Shown: positions 1 to 9,426 of the stretch, in pieces
How the letters are laid out: each line of letters opens with the position of its first letter
Numbering within the stretch: position 1 is the first letter of the stretch
Source of the DNA: Escherichia coli
GTDB lineage: Bacteria; Pseudomonadota; Gammaproteobacteria; Enterobacterales; Enterobacteriaceae
Strand: one strand, 5' to 3'
Assembly: GCF_013315695.1 (NCBI RefSeq)
Contig: NZ_CP054353.1
Length of the DNA: 64,000 nucleotides
Translations under genes and position numbers: made by a program
Notes under the pieces: generated by a model
Database searches by the model: none
What the model was told of the DNA's origin: nothing
The model's input: the letters and a program-made list of their open reading frames with translations, nothing else

Positions 1-1
1 G

Positions 2-1270
2 AGTAATGCCGTTGGTGGCTTGATCCTCGCGCAGCTGAAAGCGTTGGGCTGGACAGATAATTCCACCACTGCCACATTCTCAGCAATCACGACCGCCGGA
101 ATGTTTCTCGGTGCGCTGGTTGGCGGCATCATCGGTGACAAAACCGGTCGCAGAAATGCGTTCATCCTCTATGAGGCCATTCATATTGCCTCGATGGTGG
201 TCGGTGCTTTTTCACCGAATATGGATTTCCTTATTGCCTGCCGTTTTGTGATGGGCGTTGGGCTGGGAGCTTTACTGGTGACGCTGTTTGCTGGTTTCAC
301 CGAATATATGCCCGGTAGAAATCGCGGAACGTGGTCCAGTCGGGTTTCTTTTATTGGCAACTGGTCATATCCGCTCTGTTCATTGATTGCGATGGGACTC
401 ACGCCGCTGATTAGTGCAGAGTGGAACTGGCGAGTACAACTGCTTATCCCTGCAATATTGTCGCTTTTCGCTACGGCGCTGGCCTGGCGCTACTTTCCTG
501 AATCCCCGCGCTGGCTGGAATCGCGCGGACGGTATCAGGAAGCCGAGAAAGTCATGCGGAGTATAGAAGAAGGCGTCATACGCCAGACGGGTAAACCTTT
601 GCCGCCCGTGGTTATTGCTGATGACGGTAAAGCGCCACAAGCGGTGCCGTATTCAGCCTTACTGACAGGAGTATTACTGAAACGCGTGATATTAGGTTCT
701 TGTGTGCTGATTGCCATGAACGTTGTGCAGTACACACTAATTAACTGGTTGCCAACGATATTCATGACCCAGGGGATTAATTTAAAAGACTCGATTGTTT
801 TAAATACCATGAGTATGTTTGGCGCGCCATTTGGTATTTTTATTGCCATGCTGGTGATGGATAAAATTCCGCGTAAAACAATGGGTGTGGGGCTATTAAT
901 CCTGATTGCGGTGCTCGGATATATCTATTCACTGCAAACCAGTATGTTGCTCATAACGCTGATTGGTTTCTTCCTGATTACTTTCGTCTATATGTACGTT
1001 TGCTATGCCTCGGCAGTGTATGTCCCTGAGATCTGGCCGACAGAGGCCAAATTACGTGGCTCCGGTCTGGCGAATGCAGTAGGGCGAATCAGTGGTATTG
1101 CCGCACCTTATGCCGTTGCAGTGCTGCTCAGTAGTTATGGCGTAACGGGAGTCTTTATTCTTCTGGGGGCGGTTTCAATTATTGTCGCAATTGCTATCGC
1201 CACCATTGGAATTGAAACCAAAGGTGTCTCCGTTGAAAGTTTAAGTATTGATGCAGTAGTCAATAAATAA
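2..1270 (+). CDS. ydjK: MFS-family sugar transporter, 5' end truncated by window edge
   Basis: Open frame runs to the window start; hydrophobic multi-helix protein with a GRR/GR MFS loop motif; position upstream of ydjJ matches the E. coli ydj cluster. Confidence 0.85.
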   Translation, partial: SNAVGGLILAQLKALGWTDNSTTATFSAITTAGMFLGALVGGIIGDKTGRRNAFILYEAIHIASMVVGAFSPNMDFLIACRFVMGVGLGALLVTLFAGFTEYMPGRNRGTWSSRVSFIGNWSYPLCSLIAMGLTPLISAEWNWRVQLLIPAILSLFATALAWRYFPESPRWLESRGRYQEAEKVMRSIEEGVIRQTGKPLPPVVIADDGKAPQAVPYSALLTGVLLKRVILGSCVLIAMNVVQYTLINWLPTIFMTQGINLKDSIVLNTMSMFGAPFGIFIAMLVMDKIPRKTMGVGLLILIAVLGYIYSLQTSMLLITLIGFFLITFVYMYVCYASAVYVPEIWPTEAKLRGSGLANAVGRISGIAAPYAVAVLLSSYGVTGVFILLGAVSIIVAIAIATIGIETKGVSVESLSIDAVVNK

Positions 1271-1286
1271 TACTGGTGGATTCAAA

Positions 1287-2330
1287 ATGAAAAATTCAAA
1301 AGCAATATTGCAGGTGCCGGGCACAATGAAAATTATTTCAGCAGAAATACCTGTGCCTAAAGAAGATGAAGTTTTGATTAAAGTAGAATATGTCGGTATT
1401 TGTGGTTCAGATGTACATGGTTTTGAATCAGGCCCGTTTATTCCGCCTAAAGACCCAAATCAAGAAATTGGCCTGGGACATGAATGCGCCGGGACGGTTG
1501 TGGCTGTGGGAAGCCGTGTGCGCAAATTTAAAGCGGGGGATCGGGTAAATATCGAACCTGGCGTTCCTTGCGGTCACTGTCGTTACTGTCTGGAAGGCAA
1601 ATATAACATCTGCCCGGACGTTGATTTTATGGCGACACAACCTAACTACCGCGGCGCATTAACGCACTATCTGTGTCATCCGGAGAGCTTTACTTACAAA
1701 CTGCCCGACAATATGGACACGATGGAAGGGGCGCTGGTGGAGCCTGCCGCAGTCGGGATGCATGCCGCGATGCTGGCAGATGTTAAACCGGGTAAGAAGA
1801 TAATTATTCTGGGAGCGGGTTGTATTGGTTTGATGACGTTGCAAGCATGCAAATGCCTGGGAGCTACGGATATTGCCGTCGTTGATGTACTGGAAAAACG
1901 TCTGACAATGGCGGAACAGCTCGGCGCGACAGTGGTTATTAACGGCGCAAAAGAAGACACTATTGCACGCTGTCAGCAATTTACCGAAGAAATGGGCGCA
2001 GATATTGTTTTCGAAACAGCGGGTTCTGCGGTCACCGTTAAACAGGCACCTTATCTGGTAATGCGCGGCGGTAAAATTATGATTGTTGGTACTGTACCGG
2101 GCGATTCGGCAATCAATTTCCTCAAAATCAATCGCGAAGTCACTATCCAGACAGTATTCCGCTATGCCAATCGTTATCCGGTCACGATTGAAGCTATTTC
2201 CTCAGGGCGATTCGATGTGAAATCGATGGTGACACATATTTACGATTATCAGGATGTACAACAGGCATTTGAAGAGTCGGTTAACAACAAACGCAACATT
2301 ATTAAAGGCGTTATTAAAATTAGCGATTAA
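1287..2330 (+). CDS. ydjJ: Zn-dependent alcohol/polyol dehydrogenase (MDR family)
   Basis: 347-aa ORF with GHE..G and CGxC..C zinc-ligand motifs and a GxGxxG Rossmann motif. Confidence 0.9.
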   Translation: MKNSKAILQVPGTMKIISAEIPVPKEDEVLIKVEYVGICGSDVHGFESGPFIPPKDPNQEIGLGHECAGTVVAVGSRVRKFKAGDRVNIEPGVPCGHCRYCLEGKYNICPDVDFMATQPNYRGALTHYLCHPESFTYKLPDNMDTMEGALVEPAAVGMHAAMLADVKPGKKIIILGAGCIGLMTLQACKCLGATDIAVVDVLEKRLTMAEQLGATVVINGAKEDTIARCQQFTEEMGADIVFETAGSAVTVKQAPYLVMRGGKIMIVGTVPGDSAINFLKINREVTIQTVFRYANRYPVTIEAISSGRFDVKSMVTHIYDYQDVQQAFEESVNNKRNIIKGVIKISD

Positions 2331-2350
2331 TTAATACGGGAGAACAGAAT

Positions 2351-3187
2351 ATGCTCGCAGATATCAGATATTGGGAAAACGATGCCACAAATAAACATTA
2401 TGCAATTGCCCATTTTAACGTATGGAATGCAGAAATGTTGATGGGCGTTATCGACGCAGCCGAAGAAGCGAAATCACCGGTTATTATTTCTTTTGGTACA
2501 GGTTTTGTCGGGAACACCTCATTTGAAGATTTCTCTCACATGATGGTATCAATGGCACAAAAAGCAACGGTGCCGGTAATAACTCATTGGGATCATGGTC
2601 GGAGTATGGAAATTATTCATAACGCCTGGACTCATGGTATGAATTCATTAATGCGTGATGCTTCCGCATTTGATTTCGAAGAAAATATTCGTTTAACCAA
2701 AGAGGCTGTTGATTTCTTCCATCCGCTGGGTATTCCGGTAGAGGCGGAATTAGGGCATGTCGGTAATGAAACCGTTTATGAGGAAGCGCTGGCGGGCTAT
2801 CACTATACCGATCCTGACCAGGCGGCTGAATTTGTTGAACGTACGGGCTGTGACTCATTGGCTGTCGCCATCGGCAACCAGCATGGAGTTTATACGTCAG
2901 AGCCACAATTGAACTTTGAGGTCGTCAAACGCGTACGCGATGCTGTTTCTGTTCCGCTGGTTTTGCATGGCGCATCAGGGATCAGTGATGCCGACATTAA
3001 AACTGCAATTTCGTTGGGTATTGCGAAAATCAACATTCATACGGAGCTCTGTCAGGCCGCAATGGTAGCAGTGAAAGAAAACCAGGATCAGCCTTTCCTG
3101 CATTTAGAACGTGAAGTGCGTAAAGCTGTAAAAGAACGGGCATTGGATAAAATTAAACTGTTCGGTTCTGATGGCAAAGCGGAATAA
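2351..3187 (+). CDS. ydjI: class II (metal-dependent) aldolase, FBP/tagatose-bisphosphate aldolase family
   Basis: 278-aa ORF; length, sequence and position match E. coli YdjI. Confidence 0.9.
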   Translation: MLADIRYWENDATNKHYAIAHFNVWNAEMLMGVIDAAEEAKSPVIISFGTGFVGNTSFEDFSHMMVSMAQKATVPVITHWDHGRSMEIIHNAWTHGMNSLMRDASAFDFEENIRLTKEAVDFFHPLGIPVEAELGHVGNETVYEEALAGYHYTDPDQAAEFVERTGCDSLAVAIGNQHGVYTSEPQLNFEVVKRVRDAVSVPLVLHGASGISDADIKTAISLGIAKINIHTELCQAAMVAVKENQDQPFLHLEREVRKAVKERALDKIKLFGSDGKAE

Positions 3188-3191
3188 TGAT

Positions 3192-4139
3192 ATGGATAAT
3201 CTCGACGTTATTTGTATAGGTGCCGCTATTGTTGATATTCCATTGCAACCGGTCAGTAAAAATATCTTTGATGTGGATTCTTATCCTCTTGAAAGAATCG
3301 CAATGACCACCGGGGGTGATGCAATAAATGAAGCAACAATTATTTCTCGTCTGGGCCATCGCACAGCATTAATGAGTCGTATTGGTAAAGATGCCGCAGG
3401 GCAATTTATTCTCGACCATTGCCGCAAAGAGAATATTGATATTCAAAGCCTGAAGCAGGACGTCAGCATAGATACCTCAATTAACGTTGGACTGGTGACG
3501 GAGGATGGCGAGCGGACGTTTGTCACAAACCGTAACGGCAGTCTGTGGAAATTGAATATTGACGATGTTGATTTTTCGCGGTTTTCTCAGGCGAAATTAT
3601 TATCTCTGGCCAGTATTTTCAACAGTCCTCTATTGGATGGTAAAGCGCTAACAGAAATTTTTACGCAAGCTAAAGCCCAGCAGATGATTATCTGTGCCGA
3701 TATGATCAAACCGCGGTTGAATGAAACGCTGGATGATATTTGCGAAGCATTGAGTTATGTCGATTATCTGTTTCCTAATTTTGCCGAGGCAAAATTACTC
3801 ACCGGGAAAGAGACACTGGATGAAATTGCTGACTGCTTTCTTGCGTGCGGCGTAAAAACGGTGGTGATTAAAACGGGTAAAGACGGCTGCTTTATCAAGC
3901 GTGGTGACATGACGATGAAGGTGCCGGCGGTCGCAGGAATAACCGCCATCGACACCATTGGCGCGGGCGATAACTTTGCTTCAGGTTTTATTGCGGCACT
4001 GTTAGAAGGCAAAAATCTGCGTGAATGCGCACGCTTTGCCAATGCAACGGCGGCTATCTCGGTTCTAAGCGTCGGTGCCACCACCGGCGTAAAAAACAGA
4101 AAGCTGGTCGAACAATTGCTGGAAGAATACGAAGGATAA
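3192..4139 (+). CDS. ydjH: PfkB/ribokinase-family sugar kinase
   Basis: ORF 3171..4139 trimmed to the ATG giving 315 aa (MDNLDVICIGAAIVD); C-terminal GAGD anion-hole motif of ribokinase-like kinases. Confidence 0.88.
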   Translation: MDNLDVICIGAAIVDIPLQPVSKNIFDVDSYPLERIAMTTGGDAINEATIISRLGHRTALMSRIGKDAAGQFILDHCRKENIDIQSLKQDVSIDTSINVGLVTEDGERTFVTNRNGSLWKLNIDDVDFSRFSQAKLLSLASIFNSPLLDGKALTEIFTQAKAQQMIICADMIKPRLNETLDDICEALSYVDYLFPNFAEAKLLTGKETLDEIADCFLACGVKTVVIKTGKDGCFIKRGDMTMKVPAVAGITAIDTIGAGDNFASGFIAALLEGKNLRECARFANATAAISVLSVGATTGVKNRKLVEQLLEEYEG

Positions 4140-4148
4140 TGAAGGCAA

Positions 4149-5129
4149 ATGAAAAAGATACCTTTAGGCACAACGGATATTACGCTTTCGCGAATGGGGT
4201 TGGGGACATGGGCCATTGGCGGCGGTCCTGCATGGAATGGCGATCTCGATCGGCAAATATGTATTGATACGATTCTTGAAGCCCATCGTTGTGGCATTAA
4301 TCTGATTGATACTGCGCCAGGATATAACTTTGGCAATAGTGAAGTTATCGTCGGTCAGGCGTTAAAAAAACTGCCCCGTGAACAGGTTGTAGTAGAAACC
4401 AAATGCGGCATTGTCTGGGAACGAAAAGGGAGTTTATTCAACAAAGTTGGCGATCGGCAGTTGTATAAAAACCTTTCCCCGGAATCTATCCGCGAAGAGG
4501 TAGAAGCCAGCTTGCAACGTCTGGGTATTGATTACATCGATATCTACATGACGCACTGGCAGTCGGTGCCGCCATTTTTTACGCCGATAGCTGAAACCGT
4601 CGCAGTGCTCAATGAGTTAAAGGCCGAAGGAAAAATTCGCGCTATAGGCGCTGCTAACGTCGATGCTGACCATATCCGCGAGTATCTGCAATATGGTGAA
4701 CTGGATATTATTCAGGCGAAATACAGTATCCTCGACCGGGCATTGGAAAGCGAACTGCTGCCGCTATGTCGTGATAATGGCATTGTGGTACAGGTTTATT
4801 CCCCGCTAGAGCAGGGATTGTTGACCGGTACCATCACTCGTGATTACGTTCCGGGCGGCGCTCGGGCAAATAAAGTCTGGTTCCAGCGTGAAAACATGCT
4901 GAAAGTGATTGATATGCTTGAACAGTGGCAGCCACTCTGTGCTCGTTATCAGTGCACAATTCCCACTCTGGCACTGGCGTGGATATTAAAACAGAGTGAT
5001 TTAATCTCCATTCTTAGTGGGGCTACTGCACCGGAACAGGTACGCGAAAATGTCGCGGCATTGAATATCAACTTATCGGATGCAGACGCAACATTGATGA
5101 GGGAAATGGCAGAGGCCCTGGAGCGTTAA
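4149..5129 (+). CDS. ydjG: aldo-keto reductase (NADH/NADPH-dependent)
   Basis: 326-aa ORF with AKR-family features (IDTAPGY); follows ydjH as in E. coli. Confidence 0.9.
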   Translation: MKKIPLGTTDITLSRMGLGTWAIGGGPAWNGDLDRQICIDTILEAHRCGINLIDTAPGYNFGNSEVIVGQALKKLPREQVVVETKCGIVWERKGSLFNKVGDRQLYKNLSPESIREEVEASLQRLGIDYIDIYMTHWQSVPPFFTPIAETVAVLNELKAEGKIRAIGAANVDADHIREYLQYGELDIIQAKYSILDRALESELLPLCRDNGIVVQVYSPLEQGLLTGTITRDYVPGGARANKVWFQRENMLKVIDMLEQWQPLCARYQCTIPTLALAWILKQSDLISILSGATAPEQVRENVAALNINLSDADATLMREMAEALER

Positions 5130-5265
5130 ATACTCAACACGATTCACCTCTGTTTCTGTGAAAACTGTGATGAAAATCTGTGATTCAAACAGGTTATTTT
5201 GAAAGTAAACATCAATTATGCGATAATCGCGCTAATGTGATGTAAAAAGATACAGGGGTGTAATC

Positions 5266-6024
5266 GTGGCGGCAAAAGACAGGATTCAGGCAATTAAGCA
5301 AATGGTTGCCAACGATAAAAAGGTGACAGTCTCAAATTTGAGTGGGATTTTTCAGGTAACCGAAGAAACCATTCGCCGCGATCTTGAGAAGCTGGAAGAT
5401 GAAGGCTTTTTGACCAGAACCTATGGTGGTGCTGTTTTAAATACAGCGATGTTGACGGAGAATATCCATTTTTATAAGCGCGCTTCATCGTTTTATGAAG
5501 AGAAGCAGCTTATTGCACGCAAGGCATTACCCTTTATCGACAATAAAACCACCATGGCAGTCGATTCCAGTAGTACCGTAATGGAATTGCTCAAATTGTT
5601 ACAGGACCGTAGTGACCTGACGTTGCTAACCAACTCGGCGGAAGCGATTCATGTTCTGGCTCAGTCAGAAATTAAAGTCGTTTCAACGGGTGGGGAACTA
5701 AACAAAAATACACTTTCCCTGCAAGGAAGAATTACTAAAGAGATCATCAGCCGCTACCATGTCGATATTATGGTAATGAGTTGTAAAGGTCTTGATATTA
5801 ACAGCGGCGCGCTGGACTCTAACGAAGCGGAAGCTGAAATCAAAAAGACAATGATCCGTCAGGCGACAGAAGTTGCGTTATTGGTTGATCACTCTAAGTT
5901 TGATCGCAAAGCTTTTGTCCAGTTAGCTGACTTTAGTCATATTAATTACATAATAACTGATAAATCACCGGGTGCAGAGTGGATAGCATTTTGCAAAGAC
6001 AATAATATCCAGCTGGTGTGGTAA
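5266..6024 (+). CDS. ydjF: DeoR-family transcriptional regulator
   Basis: 252-aa ORF with an N-terminal HTH (TVSNLSGIFQVTEETIRRDLEKLE) and a C-terminal DeoR sugar-binding domain. Confidence 0.9.
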   Translation: MAAKDRIQAIKQMVANDKKVTVSNLSGIFQVTEETIRRDLEKLEDEGFLTRTYGGAVLNTAMLTENIHFYKRASSFYEEKQLIARKALPFIDNKTTMAVDSSSTVMELLKLLQDRSDLTLLTNSAEAIHVLAQSEIKVVSTGGELNKNTLSLQGRITKEIISRYHVDIMVMSCKGLDINSGALDSNEAEAEIKKTMIRQATEVALLVDHSKFDRKAFVQLADFSHINYIITDKSPGAEWIAFCKDNNIQLVW

Positions 6025-6140
6025 TTTAAGCACACGTTGTCAATATTATTTGTTCCTGCGCCTGGAAATAAAATGATGATAAAGATGCGGCAAGTGAATT
6101 TGCCGCAATTGCTACCTTTTTAGCAAATCCGAGGCACCTA

Positions 6141-7499
6141 ATGGAACAATATGACCAAATTGGCGCAAGACTGGACCGCTTGCCTTTGGCCCGGTTTCAT
6201 TATCGTATATTTGGTATTATAAGCTTTAGTCTGTTATTAACGGGTTTTTTGAGTTATTCAGGCAATGTTGTTTTAGCAAAGCTGGTAAGCAATGGATGGT
6301 CAAATAATTTTCTCAATGCCGCCTTTACCTCGGCATTAATGTTTGGTTATTTCATCGGCTCTCTTACCGGTGGGTTTATTGGTGACTACTTTGGGCGGCG
6401 CAGGGCTTTTCGCATAAATCTTCTCATCGTCGGTATTGCGGCAACAGGGGCCGCTTTTGTCCCTGATATGTACTGGCTCATCTTCTTTCGCTTCCTGATG
6501 GGAACAGGAATGGGGGCGCTGATTATGGTTGGCTATGCCTCATTTACGGAGTTTATCCCCGCGACGGTGCGTGGAAAATGGTCCGCGCGGCTCTCATTTG
6601 TCGGTAACTGGTCGCCCATGTTGTCTGCGGCGATAGGCGTGGTGGTTATCGCTTTTTTTAGTTGGCGGATAATGTTTCTGCTGGGTGGTATTGGCATACT
6701 GTTAGCCTGGTTTCTCTCAGGTAAATACTTTATTGAGTCGCCTCGATGGTTGGCGGGGAAAGGACAAATCGCAGGTGCAGAAAGCCAACTTCGTGAAGTA
6801 GAGCAGCAAATTGAAAGAGAGAAGAGTGTTCGTTTACCCCCGCTTACTTTGAATCAGAGCAACAGCAAGGCTAACATAATCAATGGTACTTTCTGGCTGC
6901 TGTTTAAAGGGGAAATGTTACGACGTACATTAGTCGCGATTACTGTTTTAATTGCAATGAACATTTCACTTTATACCATCACCGTATGGATACCGACCAT
7001 ATTTGTTAACTCCGGCATTGATGTTGATAAATCAATATTAATGACCGCTGTTATTATGATTGGCGCTCCGGTAGGGATATTTATTGCGGCATTAATTATT
7101 GATCATTTTCCTCGTCGATTATTTGGCTCTGCCTTACTTATTATTATTGCTGTGTTAGGCTATATCTATTCAATTCAAACTACAGAGTGGGCGGTTTTAA
7201 TCTATGGCCTGGTGATGATCTTCTTTTTATACATGTATGTGTGCTTCGCGTCGGCGGTTTATATCCCGGAACTTTGGCCAACGCATTTACGCCTGCGTGG
7301 TTCGGGTTTCGTTAATGCCGTCGGACGGATCGTCGCAGTCTTCACGCCCTATGGCGTTGCGGCACTATTAACGCATTATGGGTCAATCACGGTGTTTATG
7401 GTGCTTGGCGTGATGTTAGTGCTCTGTGCGCTGGTTCTCTCCATTTTTGGCATCGAAACGCGGAAGGTGTCGCTGGAAGAGATTTCTGAGGTGAATTAA
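6141..7499 (+). CDS. ydjE: MFS-family transporter
   Basis: 452-aa multi-helix ORF, paralogous in sequence to ydjK (GDYFGRRRAF / PESPRWL motifs). Confidence 0.9.
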   Translation: MEQYDQIGARLDRLPLARFHYRIFGIISFSLLLTGFLSYSGNVVLAKLVSNGWSNNFLNAAFTSALMFGYFIGSLTGGFIGDYFGRRRAFRINLLIVGIAATGAAFVPDMYWLIFFRFLMGTGMGALIMVGYASFTEFIPATVRGKWSARLSFVGNWSPMLSAAIGVVVIAFFSWRIMFLLGGIGILLAWFLSGKYFIESPRWLAGKGQIAGAESQLREVEQQIEREKSVRLPPLTLNQSNSKANIINGTFWLLFKGEMLRRTLVAITVLIAMNISLYTITVWIPTIFVNSGIDVDKSILMTAVIMIGAPVGIFIAALIIDHFPRRLFGSALLIIIAVLGYIYSIQTTEWAVLIYGLVMIFFLYMYVCFASAVYIPELWPTHLRLRGSGFVNAVGRIVAVFTPYGVAALLTHYGSITVFMVLGVMLVLCALVLSIFGIETRKVSLEEISEVN

Positions 7500-7551
7500 A
7501 TCTTTCGTTGATGGCATCAATTGCCAGATGTACCACTGACGTGTTTTATTT

Positions 7552-7582
7552 GGCCTACAATGGCAGTACAGAATTGTAGGCC
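7552..7582. terminator. inverted repeat (GGCCTACAAT..ATTGTAGGCC) between convergent ydjE and pncA; candidate bidirectional terminator
   Basis: 10-bp perfect inverted repeat read directly in the intergenic gap; no strong U-tract, so efficiency is uncertain. Confidence 0.45.
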
Positions 7583-7591
7583 AGCGTAAAA

Positions 7592-8233
7592 TTACTCCTG
7601 CGTTTCTTCCCAGTCTGCCAGCGTATATAGCGTTGCCCCAGCTGCTGACATCTCCATAAACGCGTGCGCACTGTCCTGTGGCTGGATATTTACGCCACGA
7701 CAACCATCGGTAATCACGTTCACCTTATAGCCTAACTGTAACGCGTCCAGCACGGTAAACTTCACGCAATAGTCAGTAGCCAGGCCCATAATGATCAATT
7801 CATCGATTTCATGATCGCGTAACCAGTCATCGAGCGCAGTTTTCTGCCGACGGCCGTTATCAAAAAAGGCACTGTAACTGTCAACTAAAGGATTTTCGCC
7901 TTTATGGAACACCGCTGCGATCGCTTTTTGCTTCAGTAACGGATGTAATTGTGCGCCTTCACTGTTCTGCACACAGTGATCGGGCCAGAAGGTTTGTGGC
8001 AAACCGTCGAGTTGGCCCGGCGTATAAGGCTCTACACCGTGCTGACTGGCAAAACTGCCGTGATTCGCCGGATGCCAGTCCTGACTGGCGATAACCGCTT
8101 CACCGCGCGACTGGCACCAGTCAATCAGGCGGTTAGCGACATCCACCGTACTGTCACCTTCCGGCACGGCGAGCGCGCCACCAGCACAGAAATCATTTTG
8201 TAAATCGACCAGTAACAGGGCGCGAGGGGGCAT
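7592..8233 (-). CDS. pncA: nicotinamidase / pyrazinamidase
   Basis: ORF 7592..8251 trimmed to MPPRALLLVDLQNDF (213 aa); isochorismatase-fold motifs. Confidence 0.93.
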   Translation of the reverse strand: MPPRALLLVDLQNDFCAGGALAVPEGDSTVDVANRLIDWCQSRGEAVIASQDWHPANHGSFASQHGVEPYTPGQLDGLPQTFWPDHCVQNSEGAQLHPLLKQKAIAAVFHKGENPLVDSYSAFFDNGRRQKTALDDWLRDHEIDELIIMGLATDYCVKFTVLDALQLGYKVNVITDGCRGVNIQPQDSAHAFMEMSAAGATLYTLADWEETQE

Positions 8234-8243
8234 TGCAGTCTCC

Positions 8244-9260
8244 TTAATCATCCGGCGTCAGTTCGCCACGCAGGTTTTGGCTCATGGCCTTGCGAATGGT
8301 TTCAGTATCTAGTTCCTGGCTAAGCAGGTAATGCAGTTTGGTTAGTGTGGCTTCTACAGTCATATCTGCACCGCCAATAACGCCGGCATGGGCGAGGGCG
8401 TTACCGGTGGCATAACCACCCATATTCACTTTACCGGACATACATTGTGTCAGGTTGACTACCACAATACCGCGATCGCTGGCTTCTTGTAATTCTTGCA
8501 GGAAGGCTTTGTTTTGTGGCGCATTACCCACGCCATATGAGCGCAGAATCAATGCTTTCACCGGTTGGCGCAGAAAATTGCGCACGACGTCAGCAGAAAT
8601 CCCTGGATAAATCGTCACTACGCCAATCGGTTGTGGGGTGATTGGATGAACGATCAATTCCCCTTCACCGTGCGGGGCGGGTGGTGTATTCAAACGACGA
8701 ATATGGATACCTGCTTCCAGTAACGGAGGAAGGTTTGGAGAGGCAAACGCATCAAAACCATCGGCATGGGCTTTGGTGGTACGGTTGCCACGATAAAGTC
8801 GATTATTAAAAAAGAGAGTTACTTCGTTGATAGGATAATTCGCCGCAACGTACAACGCATTCAGCAGATTAATTTGTCCGTCAGAGCGTAACTCAGCTAG
8901 CGGGATTTGTGACCCTGTCACAATAACCGGTTTACCGAGATTCTCGAGCATGAACGACAGCGCAGAGGCGGTATACGCCATCGTGTCGGTGCCGTGCAGA
9001 ATGACAAAACCATCATAGTCGTCATAATGCGCTTTAATATCTTCAGCAATATGCTGCCAGTCTTCTGGCGTCATATCAGAAGAATCCATCAATGGCGTAT
9101 ATTCATGAATGGTGAAATCTGGCATCTCCGGGCGATGGAATTCCGGCATCAGCGCCAGTTGGCGCTGTAGATGACCTGACACCGGAATATAACCCTGCTC
9201 GGAACGCTGCATCCCGATGGTCCCGCCCGTGTAGGCGACGTAAATTGATTTCTTTTGCAT
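8244..9260 (-). CDS. ansA: cytoplasmic L-asparaginase I
   Basis: 338-aa ORF with the asparaginase N-terminal TGGTIG threonine motif. Confidence 0.95.
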   Translation of the reverse strand: MQKKSIYVAYTGGTIGMQRSEQGYIPVSGHLQRQLALMPEFHRPEMPDFTIHEYTPLMDSSDMTPEDWQHIAEDIKAHYDDYDGFVILHGTDTMAYTASALSFMLENLGKPVIVTGSQIPLAELRSDGQINLLNALYVAANYPINEVTLFFNNRLYRGNRTTKAHADGFDAFASPNLPPLLEAGIHIRRLNTPPAPHGEGELIVHPITPQPIGVVTIYPGISADVVRNFLRQPVKALILRSYGVGNAPQNKAFLQELQEASDRGIVVVNLTQCMSGKVNMGGYATGNALAHAGVIGGADMTVEATLTKLHYLLSQELDTETIRKAMSQNLRGELTPDD

Positions 9261-9379
9261 GATATTGATATGAATGATATCGAAAGAGCAAAAGTATATA
9301 CGTGAGGCAGGGGGAGCGCACCTGATACTATGCGGATAAGGAAATATGGGGCGAGACAGCGGGAAGAGGATTCGTCGAC

Positions 9380-9414
9380 GTAAAAAGTAATGTGGCCGAC
9401 GATCTGTCGGCCAC
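9380..9414 (-). terminator. rho-independent terminator candidate downstream of sppA
   Basis: Perfect 9-bp stem GTGGCCGAC/GTCGGCCAC followed on the minus strand by a T-rich run. Confidence 0.55.
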
Positions 9415-9426
9415 TTAGTACATGAC

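Noticed and set aside
3764-4336. 190-aa minus-strand ORF overlapping ydjH and ydjG
   Set aside because: Entirely antisense to two well-supported genes, Cys/Ser/Pro-rich low-complexity translation, no ribosome-binding site; an artefact of GC-rich coding sequence.
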